From a virus (taxonomy: Duplodnaviria; Caudoviricetes), in the IMG/VR virus record IMGVR_UViG_3300046055_000057, positions 1 to 35,834 of that record: 35,834 bases of DNA; one strand, 5' to 3'. This document shows, piece by piece, positions 16,708 through 27,194 of the stretch. The notes beneath the pieces were generated by a model. It made no database searches. It was not told the origin of the DNA and saw only the letters and a list, made by a program, of their open reading frames with translations. Each line of letters starts with the position of its first letter. Within the stretch, counting starts at the first letter, position 1. The position numbers were made by a program, and so were the translations under genes.

Positions 16708-18810
16708 TCAAATCGCCGCGGCCGACGACGGCCGGCGGCGCTTCCGGCGCTTCCGCGGCAGGCTCGGCGGCGGCATTTCGCCCGAGAGGTGTAGGAGCAA
16801 CCCCCGCACGATCACGCGGTCGTCGTGCTTTCCATCGGCGGCTTGCATCCGGCCTTTGACATGCAGGTACGTGTCCATCTCCTGGCACGCGCCCTGCTCG
16901 CGCTCGATGTACGAGCGGTCGGCGTACACCTCTTCGGGAATCTCGCCCTCGCCGAATTCGAGCGCCGCCCGCTGCGCCCGCGTGAGCGCGCTGATGATGA
17001 GCTGCTTCGTCTTCTTCGTGGTGTACCATCCCGCCTTTGTCCGGTGCCGCTCCTTCGTGTCGTCCGGCGGCTCGCGGTGGTACAGATTGCCGTAGTGCGG
17101 CATGATCTCGTGCAACACTGTCATGCCGAAGTCCGGCTCGCGGCTCTCCGGCGTGCGCCCCGTATTGTACAGGCTGTTCGTCTCGATCGCCCAGAACGCC
17201 TCGTCGTACCACTTCGCCAGCCGCGCCGCCGCCCAGGCGTAGCGGTCGACGTCCTCGTGCCCGCGCCACTCCGCGACGATTTCCGGCGGCGCGCCCCAGA
17301 GCAGCGGCGCGCGGTCCAGCACGGCCGTCACGCTGTACGAGGCGTCCTCCGACAGGCCCGGCCCCACGTCGCTGGCTGCGCAATAGCGATGTCGCACGCG
17401 GGCGTCCTCGCCGATCCCGCGCTGCTTGCGCAGGTGCTTCAGGCACCCGTGGCCGTAATCCGCGCCGGGCCGCCGCCACACCGACAGCGGCGCGCCCCGG
17501 CGCGACCCCCCGCGCGCCGGCTCGAACGAGATGCCCGCGAGCGCCGCCCCGGTCCCTTCCTGCGCGTCGGCAACGAGCCGCCCGCGCGCGGACGGCGACT
17601 CGCAGCCAGCCTTCAGCGCCTCCACGTAGCGCGCCGGAAACACGCGCTTCAGCCCCGCTTGGAACGCGTGCTCGGCGACGATCGGGAACTCCTCGAGCAG
17701 CATCCACGGCTTCGTGACGTACCCGGGCTTCCGCTCTTGGTGGCGCCACCAGTTGATTTGCTCCAAGGTCGCGCCCCAATCCCACATCCACGCGTGAAAC
17801 TCGTCGAAGCCCGCGGTGAACGCCTCCACCGCCTCCGCTCCGTAGTCGTCGAGCGCGCGTTGATACTGCGGGTCGTCGAACACGCCCACGAACAGGAACT
17901 CGTACCCTTCGTCGTCACCGGAGGGGCTGCGCACCTCGTCGCAGAGCTCCTTGAAGTACACGCCCGTTTCGCCCTGCGCCGTCGATTCGATGATCCCCAC
18001 CGTGCCTTCCTCCTCCACGAGCATCGAGTCCATGTTCTGCATGACCCGCCCGGCGCTCACGCGCTGGTTCGACGGCCACTTGCCCACCTCGAACATGTGC
18101 GCGAACTGCGGCGTGCGGCCCGACGGCGCGTTCGGGCGTTGCACCGTGCCGACCGACAGCGTGCACTCCCGCTCCGGGATTTTGCGCGTGTTCTGCATCC
18201 CGGCGTGCGGGCGCATGTGAAGCGGCGCCGGGTAGTGCTCGCGGATCAGGTCGTAGCGGGAGAGCACGTCGCGCGCGCCGTCCTGGTCGAGCCCCACGAA
18301 CCACGCGTCGCGCCGGCGGTGCCGCTCGATCTGGTGCCACGCGATGTACGTGTACGACAGCGTCGTGCACCCCCACTGCCGGTGCTTCAGCACGATCGCG
18401 CGCACCGGCTCGCCGGCCAGCCGCTGCTCTTCGAGCGTCTTCACGTAGAGGCGCTGCGGCCGGTTCAGCACGAACGGCACCACCTCGCCCTCCTTGTTCT
18501 CGATCCGCGCCACCGAACGGCACCAGAACTCGAAGTCCTCTTTCATGCGCACGCGCCACAGCGCGCGCATCGTTTCGTCCAACCCCGCATCCCGCGCCTC
18601 CGCATAGGCGGCGAGGCTCCCCGCGTCGAGCGCGCGCTCGACGCCGCCGTGGGAACGCATGGCCTCCGGTAGCCACACGCTCCCGGCGTCGTCGGACACG
18701 ACCAGCTCGAAGCGCTCCAGCGGCGAGCCGACCCCGCGAATGGGATCGTACTCCTCCTGCAGCGCGGCGCGGCGACGGGCGTTTTCTTCGAGGTACTCTG
18801 CGGGCGTCAT
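16708..18810 (-). CDS. terL: Terminase large subunit (700 aa)
   Basis: LNRPQR adenine-binding motif, Walker A-like IVLKHRQWGCTT, HMFEVGKW, IIESTAQG coupling motif, and RNase H-type ASDVG, AIETN and HDDRV motifs. Confidence 0.95.
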   Translation of the reverse strand: MTPAEYLEENARRRAALQEEYDPIRGVGSPLERFELVVSDDAGSVWLPEAMRSHGGVERALDAGSLAAYAEARDAGLDETMRALWRVRMKEDFEFWCRSVARIENKEGEVVPFVLNRPQRLYVKTLEEQRLAGEPVRAIVLKHRQWGCTTLSYTYIAWHQIERHRRRDAWFVGLDQDGARDVLSRYDLIREHYPAPLHMRPHAGMQNTRKIPERECTLSVGTVQRPNAPSGRTPQFAHMFEVGKWPSNQRVSAGRVMQNMDSMLVEEEGTVGIIESTAQGETGVYFKELCDEVRSPSGDDEGYEFLFVGVFDDPQYQRALDDYGAEAVEAFTAGFDEFHAWMWDWGATLEQINWWRHQERKPGYVTKPWMLLEEFPIVAEHAFQAGLKRVFPARYVEALKAGCESPSARGRLVADAQEGTGAALAGISFEPARGGSRRGAPLSVWRRPGADYGHGCLKHLRKQRGIGEDARVRHRYCAASDVGPGLSEDASYSVTAVLDRAPLLWGAPPEIVAEWRGHEDVDRYAWAAARLAKWYDEAFWAIETNSLYNTGRTPESREPDFGMTVLHEIMPHYGNLYHREPPDDTKERHRTKAGWYTTKKTKQLIISALTRAQRAALEFGEGEIPEEVYADRSYIEREQGACQEMDTYLHVKGRMQAADGKHDDRVIVRGLLLHLSGEMPPPSLPRKRRKRRRPSSAAAI

Positions 18811-18829
18811 GGGAGGGCGGAGCTGCCGA

Positions 18830-19450
18830 TCACCGTGTTTCCTGCGAGCTGTCCGGGTCGTCGGCGAGAATGAGGGCCTCGTTGATGTCCGCGAACACGT
18901 CCACCTGCGTGTCCGGGTCCGCGTCGGCGCCGGAGCCCTCCCACTCGCCGCGTTTCTTGAGCACGTCCGTGCTCGCCTGCTTGCGGGAATACAGCTCCAC
19001 GTTGGTCACCTCGCCCCGCGCGTTCACGTCCACGCTCTTGATGGCATCGAGCACGCCGCGCCGCTGGGCCTTTGCGAAGTCGAGGTGCATGCTCCCTTCC
19101 TCGTCAACCTTTAGAAAATCGGCCATCGACGCCTGCGCGAGGTCCTCCAGATACGTCTCCAGCTCCGCCCCCGAAATGCGCTGCGCAAACGCATCCTCCA
19201 CGAGCGCCGCGATCTTCGGCTTGTTGCGGTTCTCGTGCCCCTGCTGCGCAAAGCCCGCTGCGCCCGAGCACTTGTACCCCGCGTCGCGCGCGGCCTGCGC
19301 CTGGTTGTACCCGTTCGTCAGGTACTCCTGCACCCACGCTCGTTGCAGGTCCGTCAGCTTGCCCCACAGCGCCGTGCGCTCCCGCTCGGAGAGCAGATCC
19401 GGGTGCGTCTGCGGCGTCTGCTGTTCGGCCGCGTGAGTCGGAAGGGTCAT
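18830..19450 (-). CDS. terS: Terminase small subunit (206 aa)
   Basis: LTDLQRAWVQEYLTNGYNQAQAARDAGY HTH typical of the Terminase_2 family. Start re-called at ATG 19450, which overlaps the upstream stop (ATGA). Confidence 0.9.
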   Translation of the reverse strand: MTLPTHAAEQQTPQTHPDLLSERERTALWGKLTDLQRAWVQEYLTNGYNQAQAARDAGYKCSGAAGFAQQGHENRNKPKIAALVEDAFAQRISGAELETYLEDLAQASMADFLKVDEEGSMHLDFAKAQRRGVLDAIKSVDVNARGEVTNVELYSRKQASTDVLKKRGEWEGSGADADPDTQVDVFADINEALILADDPDSSQETR

Positions 19451-22400
19451 GGGCTCTTTTGTGTTTGTCGGGAGGATTGCCGGGACTGGTTCTCTTCGAT
19501 CCGCGTGCGGAGCGTCTTCGCCACCTCGATCAGCCGCGCCCGCGCCCGCGCCGCCTCCTGCGGATTTGGCGCCTCGTAGTAGCGCGATTCGAGCGCGTCG
19601 AGCGCTCTGATCGGCTTCGATTGCGTCTCGCCGTTGCGTTCGGCCCACCGCTTCACCCACTGCACATCCCGCGCGCCGGACGCCGGCGGCCGCGTTCCCA
19701 GCCCCGAAAGCTCCATCGGCAAGCTTCGGGCTTGGCTCGATTTGTCCCCCGCCACCCGCTCGCTCCCGCTCATCGCCAACCGCCCAAAGCCGCCCGCGAA
19801 GTTGCGCGTTAGGTAGTCGATTTTCCGCGCGTCGGTGCCGAAGACCGGCTGAAGGGCTTGCCCCAGCGGCGAGGCGTACTTCGTGCCCTCACGCTCCGAG
19901 AGTTTCAGCCCGCTCTCCCACGGGCTTACAATGTAGTCTTCGCGGAAGAAGTCGCGGTTGGCAACCGCTCCGACCCCCGCGAAGGCCGGCGAGGAAAGCG
20001 CCCCCTTCACGCGGAACGGGTTGTATCCCTCCATGAACGAGGTCCACAGCCCCTCGTAGGCGCGACTCGCCTCCTCTTCGTTGCCGCGCGATGCCGCCAG
20101 CGACGCATCAACGCTCCGCACCACTGCCGAGGAGATTACGCCGAACTCGTAGGATTTCGGAATGCGAAGGCGCGCGTTTTCTGAAAGCGGCACCGTGTAA
20201 AAGAAATCTTTCATGTAGCGCGACTGCTGGCGCCAGTCGTCGAGCGCGCTCTCTTCGTCCTCACCTTCGCCCCCGCTGAATGCCGCATTCATCCCGTAGA
20301 AAAAGAGATCCGGCGCCATCGCGTACATCGTCATCCGCGTCGCCGTGTGAACGGGACGCTCTTTGAACGCCTTCGCCGTTGTCGTGATGCTCTGAATCAT
20401 CGGATTGAAAAAGAGCACCACGCGGTTGATCTTCTTCGCCGCGCGCCCGGCCTTTGCAAAGTCGATCAAGCCGCGCGCGTCGGCAGCCGCCTGGAGGCGC
20501 GCGTCCAGCTCGCTCATCCCGTCGGCGCGGTACTCCTCGCGCTTTTTAGTGTATTCGGCCACGCGGTTGACCGTCTCCTGCAGGCTCGCGATGCGCCTGT
20601 ATCCGTCCTTCATCCGGCCAAGCGTCGTCAGGATGTCCCCGTCGCCGAAGTGCCCGGCCATGAGCCGGCGCATGGCCTTGTAGTGGTCCTGCTCGCTGCG
20701 CCCGTGCCACCCGAACTGCGCGCCGCCGACCCGCTCGAATTCGCGCATATCTTGCATGAACTGCCGGCGTCCCTCCCCCGACAAGAGCGGCGTCAGGTGC
20801 TCGTGGATATGCGTCTCGCCCTTGATGGCGCGCTCCTGCGGGTCGCGCAGGCTCTGTCGCACCAGAAACGGCGGCGCGAGCGTAATCGCCTCTTTCGAAA
20901 AGCGAAAGACCGACTGGAACGCGCTCAATATCGTCCCCAGCTCCTCGGGACTCATGTCGTCGAACGCCTGCTGCACGTCGGGGTGGAAGTCAAAATGGCG
21001 CGCTTCGCCATCGAAATAAATGGTCTGCGTGCCCGCTTCCTCCGAGGGCACCTCCTTTCCGATCTTCGATGTGTCCATCACGCGCCCGTCGTACATTTCA
21101 CGCTCGGCCCGCCCGTCGCCCAGCGCCATCGGCTCGGCGAACGCGCGCATCACCTCGTTGCGCTCGGCCTCCCTGATGAAGCTTTGCGTCTGCGCGATGA
21201 GCATCGCGTACGGGTTCTCGATCTCCCGCGTCGATCCCTGAAACTCATAGATCAGCTGCGAGCTCTGCGTCATCTTGCTCACGGCCCGGAACGCCCCGTC
21301 CGGCGCGTTGTCGTAGGCCATGCGCATCACGCTGTCCGTCTCGCGCGCATAGGCGTCCTCCATCACGCGATTCAGCGGCACGTACGACTGGTTGCGGTCC
21401 CGGATCTGCTGGTATTTTTCCTCCGACAGCCGCCCCTTCTCCACCCAGAAGCGCAGTAGGCTATCCGTCCACTCGCGGTAGCGGCGGGCGGCTTCCTTTG
21501 CGCGGTCGTGCGCTTCGGGGTCGCGCTCCTGCAACCCTTCCACGAGGTCCTGCGCCGCCTGCTGGTCGGAGCGCACCCCGCCGCCGATGCCCGTCAAGCG
21601 GCGTTTTTTGTCCTCCGCCCACGCCTCTACGTTTTGCGGGGCGCCCTCGTACCCTACTTCCCGCGCCGCCTCCTGCATGTCCTCGCGCGCGCTCCGAATC
21701 GTCTCCTCAATGTCGCTCACCGTCGTTTCGTCGACGGTCCCCGACCCCTCGCGCATCAACGCGAGATCGGCCTCGGCCTGCTGGATCGTGCCGTGCGCCT
21801 CCGCGATGCGCGCCGCCGCGTCGTCGATCTGCTCGGCTTTCTCGACCGTCCGCTCGGCGATCAGGAGCGCCGTCGTGTTTTTCAAGTCCTCGCGGCTTTC
21901 CATCGGCTCCATGAGCCAGTCGAAGCCGCCCGGCGTCACCGTATTGTACTCGCTGTCGAACATGCCGCTTTCGAGCGCCTGCCCGAACCGCGTCTCGGTC
22001 CCCTGAAACAACCGAAACAGCGTCTCGAAGTCATCCGACGGCAGGGCCTCTTCGAGCCCCCGCAGTTGCCGCGCGAGCATCTGCGCCTTGATCGGGACCG
22101 CGATTTCATCGGTGAACTCGGCCTTCACGCGGTCCAGCCACGTCGCGCCCGTCGCCTCGTTGGTGGCGAACCGCTGCTTCTGCTTGCGCAGGAATCGCTT
22201 CACGCGCCCCATCACGCCCGGCTGGGCCTCCGCGCCCATCCCCTCGCGCACGTTCGCGAGCACGCCTTCCGCCTCGCCGCGCTCCGATGCGCCGGCGAAG
22301 GCGCGCAGCCGGTCGCCGAACTGCTCCACCGCCGCCCACGCTTCGTCGGACAGCGCCTCCTTCGCGACGCGGTGCGTCTCCGGCGCCATTTCTTTCGCGG

Positions 22401-25400
22401 CGGCCGGGTCCGCGGCGTACGCGCGCAGCCACTCGGCAAAGCCTTCGGCGCGCGCGTACGCCGCGCTGCCGTCGTCGTAACGCGTGCCCGCGCTCCCGTG
22501 CTTCGAAAATGTCGGCACGAGCTCCTCCTGCATCGCGTCGAGCGTGTCCTGGTCCGGGCCGCCCCGCCCAGGCGGCGCGATCACCTTGAACTCGTCGTCG
22601 AGCGCGTGGGCGACCTCGTGGATCACCGTGTCCAGGTCGCTCTGCCCGCCCCGCGCCGTGATGCGGGCGTCGGCCGGCCGGAACGATCCCTCCGGGCCAG
22701 TCGCGGGGCTGCGCTCCACGCGCGAGACGCCCGCCCGGTCTTCGAGCTGGCGCACCATCTCGCGGAAGGGCACCACCTCGCCGCTCGTCTGGTCGGTCCG
22801 CACCGGCACGCGCCCGGACTCCTCCGACGTGCGCGCCTGCTGCCCTTGTTCGGCGGTGGTCGGCTCGCTCGCCTGCACCCCGGCGCCACGGGCGCGGGCC
22901 TCCATGCGCTGCCGGGCACTCTGCACCCTGCTCTCTGCCAAACTCGCATCGGCCTCCGCATCCGCCTGTTGCCCCGAAGCAGTTCCCGAGTCTATCTGCG
23001 CAGAATCCAACACAACCCACGTTCCCGGCGCGTCCACAGCCGTTCCATCTTTGAGGTAAACTGAATCGTACCCATTGTCTTCGGCATACTCAATCGCTGC
23101 CTCTGCATTTTGCGAAGCAGCCTCCCACACCTTTTCTGGCACACCAGCACTATTCTCTTGGTCGATCACGAGTGGGTTTTCTACGTCGATGCTGTGTTCA
23201 CCAACATGTGCCTCTGCATCCTCAACACGCATATCCATTCCCGACCCCGATTGGCGCGGGTTGCTCTTCCGCTCCGCTCTACTCGCATAGAAGTCTGCAT
23301 CTGAGCGGCTTTCGGTGAAGAAGAAGCCCCTCTCTGCTGCCGGGTCGTTGTCGGTGAAGCGCCCCAAATGCTCCGAATCGAACGATCGGCTGTCCTCGCC
23401 GGGGTACAGCGCCGTCCCATGATAAACCGTTTCCGGAGGCTGCAAAGCACTGTCTTGCTGCTCGCTCGTCCCAGACCGACGTTCCGCTCCTTCCGCCGAC
23501 GGCCCCGCGTCCGTTGCCAGCACGCCGCTGCCGCGCTCCGTACCCGCCTGAAACAACGCCTCCGGCCCTCCCTCCGGGTCGCCCTCGCCCGCGGTCTCCG
23601 TCGGCATCAGCGCCTCGTCTACCGCCCCGCCCAGCCGCTCCGCCCGCTCCGGGGTCAGCGTCACGCCCGTCACCTCTTCGAACCGCCGCGCCAGCTCGTC
23701 GGCCCGCCGCTCCGTCTCGCTCTTGCGGCGCGGCCTGCCGGGGTTGTCAAGCAGGTGCTCGACGATGTCTTGCTCCGTCACGTCACGCCCCGTCTCGCGG
23801 CCGATCTCGTCGGCGGCGGCGTCGAGCGCGCGCCCCTCCGACGAGAGCCAGTTGAGGGCGACCTGGGGGTTCTCTTGGTTCGTGCCGCTGTCGTACGCCG
23901 CCTCGAACGACTCGGTGTCGAACCGCCCCTCTGCGTCGATCGCTTCCGCCACCGGATCTCTCGTGGTGCCCTCCTGCGTCTCGCGCTGGGCCCGCTCGCG
24001 CACGATACGGTACGTGTCCAGGATCTCGACCGGGTTCGTGCTGCGATTCGCGACCGCACGCTCCACCTCTTCTTCGCTCTTGCCGCGGCCCAGCGTCCCC
24101 GCCGCGCTCTCGCCCTGCTCTTCGAGCGCGCCAGCGTTGGAGCGAAAGTACTGCTCCAGTGCCGGGTCGTAGCCGGGCGACCCCGGACCGACCTCGCCCG
24201 TCTCGCCCAGCGATACGACCTCCTCGTCGGTGTTGACCACCGAGAGGCGGCCGTCGTCCCGCTCCCGCACCTCGTACTGCGGGTCGGCTTCCGGCTGCGG
24301 GTCAGCCTCCGGTTGCTGCTCAGCCTTCGGCTGCTGCTGATCGGCCGCACTGCCGTCTTGCTGCGGGGGTCCGTCTTGCTCCGCGGCTCCGCCTTCTTGC
24401 GTTTCGGGGATCGCTTCGAGCGTGCCCTTCTCGAACGCCTCGCTCACCGCCTGTTCGCGCCGGTCCAGCTCCTCTCGGATGACGCGCTCCTCGACGGGCG
24501 ACAGGTCTTCTTCCTGCAGCCCGCGCTCCAGCTCCGCCGTGTCCATCGACCGCGCCGCCCCTCGCGCTGCCGTCTCCTGCAGCGCCTCCTCCGTGCTGCG
24601 CTCCTCGTACCGCTGCTTCTGCACGCGCGCCTCCGCACCGGCGCTCGTCGCCGTCGTCACGCCCGACGCCAGCCCCACGCCCGCGATCATGCCCTCGATC
24701 GCGTCGCGCCCCACCTGCCGATCCGGATCCCAGCCGTACTTTGCCCCCACGTCCGCGATCACACTCTGCAGGAATTCGGTCGCCCCCTCGCGGCTGGACG
24801 CCTTGCCCCACTCCTTCGCGTAGGTGCCCAGCCGCTCGCCGATCTCTCTTTTCATCAGGCGCTTCGCGCCCTCCTCGACGGGTGCCTCGTCGACGATCCG
24901 GCCGATCGCGCGTCGGAGGCCCGCCGCGCCAGCCGCCTCAAGGCCGCCGGCCACCGCGCCGCTCGCTTCCGCCAGCGCGACGTCCTCCAAGTTCGCCTCG
25001 CGCCGCTCCTCGGTTTCGGGATCGGTCACCGCATCGCGGAGCTGCGCGCCCGTTTCGAGCTGCCGCCCCGCCCCGAACATCGCCACCGCCTGCGCGCCTC
25101 GTGATAGGCCCCGCGCCGCCGTGCCCGCACCTGCCGTCACCGCCAGCGACGGCGCCGCCTGCGCGGTGATCTCGCTCATGTACTGCCCCACGCCCCGCGG
25201 GTCCTCCGTCATCGCCCGCGCGAAGCCCTTGCCCTTCTGGATCTGGTCCTGCACCCAGCCGGGGGCGCCCTCGAGCTCCGCCATCTGCCCCGAGCGCACG
25301 TCTTCCGTCGCCTCGTCGACCGCTTGCTCGCCGCGCACGGCCCCTTCGTCGCGGGGGATCTCGCGCGCTTGGCTCGCGACAGCGTCCGCGCCCCGCTGCA

Positions 25401-25914
25401 GCAGGCCGGCGGCCCGATCATACTGCGCCTCCCCCTCCGCATCCATGTTGCTGATGCGCATGATCTGGCCCATCTCTTCGAGCGCGCCCGCCCCGATGTT
25501 GAGCGACCCGCGCTTGAGCTCGTCAAATGTCGAGCGCAGCCAGCCTTTGTCCTCCGTGCGCGCCGGCTCGTCCGACGCTGTGGGCGCCATCACCGATTGC
25601 AGCGTCCGCGCGCGTTCCTGTTCCACCGGCGCGTGGAGGTTGAGGTTCGGCGGCGCATCGGTGGCCTCTCCGTCGCCGGCCGACGCCCCGATCTTGCTGA
25701 GCGCCCGGCGCCGCGTCGTGTCGTCCGACCCCTCTCCGCGGAGCTTGCGCAGCGCTCGCTTGCGCACATCCTCGCGCGGCTTGCTGTCGCCCTCGCCGTC
25801 ATCCGGCCCATCTTCGGGGCCGGAGCCTGGCCCCGCGCCGATCTTGTTCAGCGCGCGCTGCCGCGCCGCCTTCTGTGCCTCGCCCAGCCGATCTGTCGTG
25901 CGCTCGTCGCCCAT
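19447..25914 (-). CDS. Large polyvalent internal-virion/ejection protein (2155 aa): ART-PolyVal-like, zincin HExxH and C-terminal LPD38-like regions
   Basis: VYHGT..GFFFTE..FYA..NPLVID..GYDSV..VVLDSAQI (~22985-23435); IHEVAHALD..AEGFAE (~22430-22625); RIPKSYEFG..NRDFF (~19940-20170). Confidence 0.8.
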   Translation of the reverse strand: MGDERTTDRLGEAQKAARQRALNKIGAGPGSGPEDGPDDGEGDSKPREDVRKRALRKLRGEGSDDTTRRRALSKIGASAGDGEATDAPPNLNLHAPVEQERARTLQSVMAPTASDEPARTEDKGWLRSTFDELKRGSLNIGAGALEEMGQIMRISNMDAEGEAQYDRAAGLLQRGADAVASQAREIPRDEGAVRGEQAVDEATEDVRSGQMAELEGAPGWVQDQIQKGKGFARAMTEDPRGVGQYMSEITAQAAPSLAVTAGAGTAARGLSRGAQAVAMFGAGRQLETGAQLRDAVTDPETEERREANLEDVALAEASGAVAGGLEAAGAAGLRRAIGRIVDEAPVEEGAKRLMKREIGERLGTYAKEWGKASSREGATEFLQSVIADVGAKYGWDPDRQVGRDAIEGMIAGVGLASGVTTATSAGAEARVQKQRYEERSTEEALQETAARGAARSMDTAELERGLQEEDLSPVEERVIREELDRREQAVSEAFEKGTLEAIPETQEGGAAEQDGPPQQDGSAADQQQPKAEQQPEADPQPEADPQYEVRERDDGRLSVVNTDEEVVSLGETGEVGPGSPGYDPALEQYFRSNAGALEEQGESAAGTLGRGKSEEEVERAVANRSTNPVEILDTYRIVRERAQRETQEGTTRDPVAEAIDAEGRFDTESFEAAYDSGTNQENPQVALNWLSSEGRALDAAADEIGRETGRDVTEQDIVEHLLDNPGRPRRKSETERRADELARRFEEVTGVTLTPERAERLGGAVDEALMPTETAGEGDPEGGPEALFQAGTERGSGVLATDAGPSAEGAERRSGTSEQQDSALQPPETVYHGTALYPGEDSRSFDSEHLGRFTDNDPAAERGFFFTESRSDADFYASRAERKSNPRQSGSGMDMRVEDAEAHVGEHSIDVENPLVIDQENSAGVPEKVWEAASQNAEAAIEYAEDNGYDSVYLKDGTAVDAPGTWVVLDSAQIDSGTASGQQADAEADASLAESRVQSARQRMEARARGAGVQASEPTTAEQGQQARTSEESGRVPVRTDQTSGEVVPFREMVRQLEDRAGVSRVERSPATGPEGSFRPADARITARGGQSDLDTVIHEVAHALDDEFKVIAPPGRGGPDQDTLDAMQEELVPTFSKHGSAGTRYDDGSAAYARAEGFAEWLRAYAADPAAAKEMAPETHRVAKEALSDEAWAAVEQFGDRLRAFAGASERGEAEGVLANVREGMGAEAQPGVMGRVKRFLRKQKQRFATNEATGATWLDRVKAEFTDEIAVPIKAQMLARQLRGLEEALPSDDFETLFRLFQGTETRFGQALESGMFDSEYNTVTPGGFDWLMEPMESREDLKNTTALLIAERTVEKAEQIDDAAARIAEAHGTIQQAEADLALMREGSGTVDETTVSDIEETIRSAREDMQEAAREVGYEGAPQNVEAWAEDKKRRLTGIGGGVRSDQQAAQDLVEGLQERDPEAHDRAKEAARRYREWTDSLLRFWVEKGRLSEEKYQQIRDRNQSYVPLNRVMEDAYARETDSVMRMAYDNAPDGAFRAVSKMTQSSQLIYEFQGSTREIENPYAMLIAQTQSFIREAERNEVMRAFAEPMALGDGRAEREMYDGRVMDTSKIGKEVPSEEAGTQTIYFDGEARHFDFHPDVQQAFDDMSPEELGTILSAFQSVFRFSKEAITLAPPFLVRQSLRDPQERAIKGETHIHEHLTPLLSGEGRRQFMQDMREFERVGGAQFGWHGRSEQDHYKAMRRLMAGHFGDGDILTTLGRMKDGYRRIASLQETVNRVAEYTKKREEYRADGMSELDARLQAAADARGLIDFAKAGRAAKKINRVVLFFNPMIQSITTTAKAFKERPVHTATRMTMYAMAPDLFFYGMNAAFSGGEGEDEESALDDWRQQSRYMKDFFYTVPLSENARLRIPKSYEFGVISSAVVRSVDASLAASRGNEEEASRAYEGLWTSFMEGYNPFRVKGALSSPAFAGVGAVANRDFFREDYIVSPWESGLKLSEREGTKYASPLGQALQPVFGTDARKIDYLTRNFAGGFGRLAMSGSERVAGDKSSQARSLPMELSGLGTRPPASGARDVQWVKRWAERNGETQSKPIRALDALESRYYEAPNPQEAARARARLIEVAKTLRTRIEENQSRQSSRQTQKSP

Positions 25915-25925
25915 TGCTGCTGAGG

Positions 25926-27155
25926 TTATTCGAGAAGGCCCGCGCGCTTGAGGTCGCCCACGCTGAGCGCTTTGTACTCCTGCTCGCTCAGCGGCTCGCG
26001 GCCGCGCTGCCGGAGCGCCTCGTTGACCGACCCCAGCGACGGCTTCTCCGCGCGCTGCTGCTCCTGCTGGCGACCGCTGCCATCCGGCGACCCCTGCTCC
26101 GCGCCGGACGCGCCTCTGCCCCGGGCCTGCGAGGCGCCGCCCAGGCTCGGATTCCGCCGGGTCATGTCAAGGAGGCGCTCATTCACGCGATTCCGCTCGG
26201 TGTTGACCTTGCGCAGCTCGGCGCGTTTGTCCTGGATGCGCGCTTGTCGCTTCCGCTTCGCCTCGTCCATCGAGACAGCGTCGCTGCCCACCGTGACATC
26301 TGCATTTTCGAGCCGCTCGATGTCCTCCCGCAGCGCCTGCGCCTTGTCGTGTAGCTTCTGCAGGTCGTACTGCGCCTCGCGACGGGCGTCCCGCGCGTCC
26401 TCCTGCTCGTCGCCCCCGCTGCCGCCGCCGCGGTCGCGTTCCTCGTAGTACGCCGCCTGCGCGCGATTCTCCTCCGCGCCAGCACGACGCTTTTCCGCGA
26501 GGGCCTCCTGCGCGTCGGCGCGCGCCTCGTTGTACGCATTGTTCTGCTCGGCCCCGATCTCCTCCATCCTGCGGCTGTGCTCGCGCTCATTCTGCCTCCG
26601 CGTGCGCTCCGCCCGGCGCTCGGCCTCGTAGTCGCTGCGCTCCGCCTCGTACTGCTGCTGGCGGTAGCCCTGGCGCAGCTGCGCGTTCCGCTTCCGCGCG
26701 TCGGCGAGCCACTGCTCATACCCGCGCAGGTTTTCTCGATACCGCTTGTCTAGCTCTTTCTGCCGGGTGGCGCCCGCGTCGGCGAGCCCCGCACCGATCG
26801 CCGACAGCGTCGTGCGCTCCTCCCCCGCCGCGATCGTGCCCAGGGCCCCCAGCCCCGCCATTAATTGATTGATCTTGCTCGCGTCCACGTCGCGCTGCGG
26901 CCGCTCCCGCCGCGACGTGTCGATGTAGCGCGGCTCCGGCACCGCTGGCGGCCGCTCCGGGCCGCTCGCGGGCCGGCCTCCCCCCATCTCGCGCCCCGCA
27001 TCAACCGGCCCCAGCGGGGGGGCGCGATATAGCTCCTTTTTGGAGTAGTGCGGCGAGTCCTCGGGGCCGCGCGGGTCGTCCGGATCGTCCTCGGGCATCG
27101 GCCCGCGCGGGTCGTCGTCGAGGCCACGCGCGGCGGTGTAGGGCGTCGAGAGCAT
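25926..27155 (-). CDS. Putative ejection/internal virion protein (409 aa, coiled coil)
   Basis: Short hydrophobic Gly/Ala segment followed by long charged coiled coils; directly upstream of the giant ejection protein. Confidence 0.6.
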   Translation of the reverse strand: MLSTPYTAARGLDDDPRGPMPEDDPDDPRGPEDSPHYSKKELYRAPPLGPVDAGREMGGGRPASGPERPPAVPEPRYIDTSRRERPQRDVDASKINQLMAGLGALGTIAAGEERTTLSAIGAGLADAGATRQKELDKRYRENLRGYEQWLADARKRNAQLRQGYRQQQYEAERSDYEAERRAERTRRQNEREHSRRMEEIGAEQNNAYNEARADAQEALAEKRRAGAEENRAQAAYYEERDRGGGSGGDEQEDARDARREAQYDLQKLHDKAQALREDIERLENADVTVGSDAVSMDEAKRKRQARIQDKRAELRKVNTERNRVNERLLDMTRRNPSLGGASQARGRGASGAEQGSPDGSGRQQEQQRAEKPSLGSVNEALRQRGREPLSEQEYKALSVGDLKRAGLLE

Positions 27156-27194
27156 GTGTGTGTGGTGTGTTTAGAGTCGGCGCGCCCAGGGCGA

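Noticed and set aside
16703-17791. 362-aa same-strand alternative-frame ORF inside terL
   Set aside because: Arg/Gly/Ala-rich frame artefact; terL is intact, so no frameshift is needed.
18830-19660. Extended N-termini in the ORF track for terS, the adaptor (7876), cI (33676) and several + strand genes
   Set aside because: The extensions overlap neighbouring genes or terminators; downstream ATGs give coupled starts with typical leaders.
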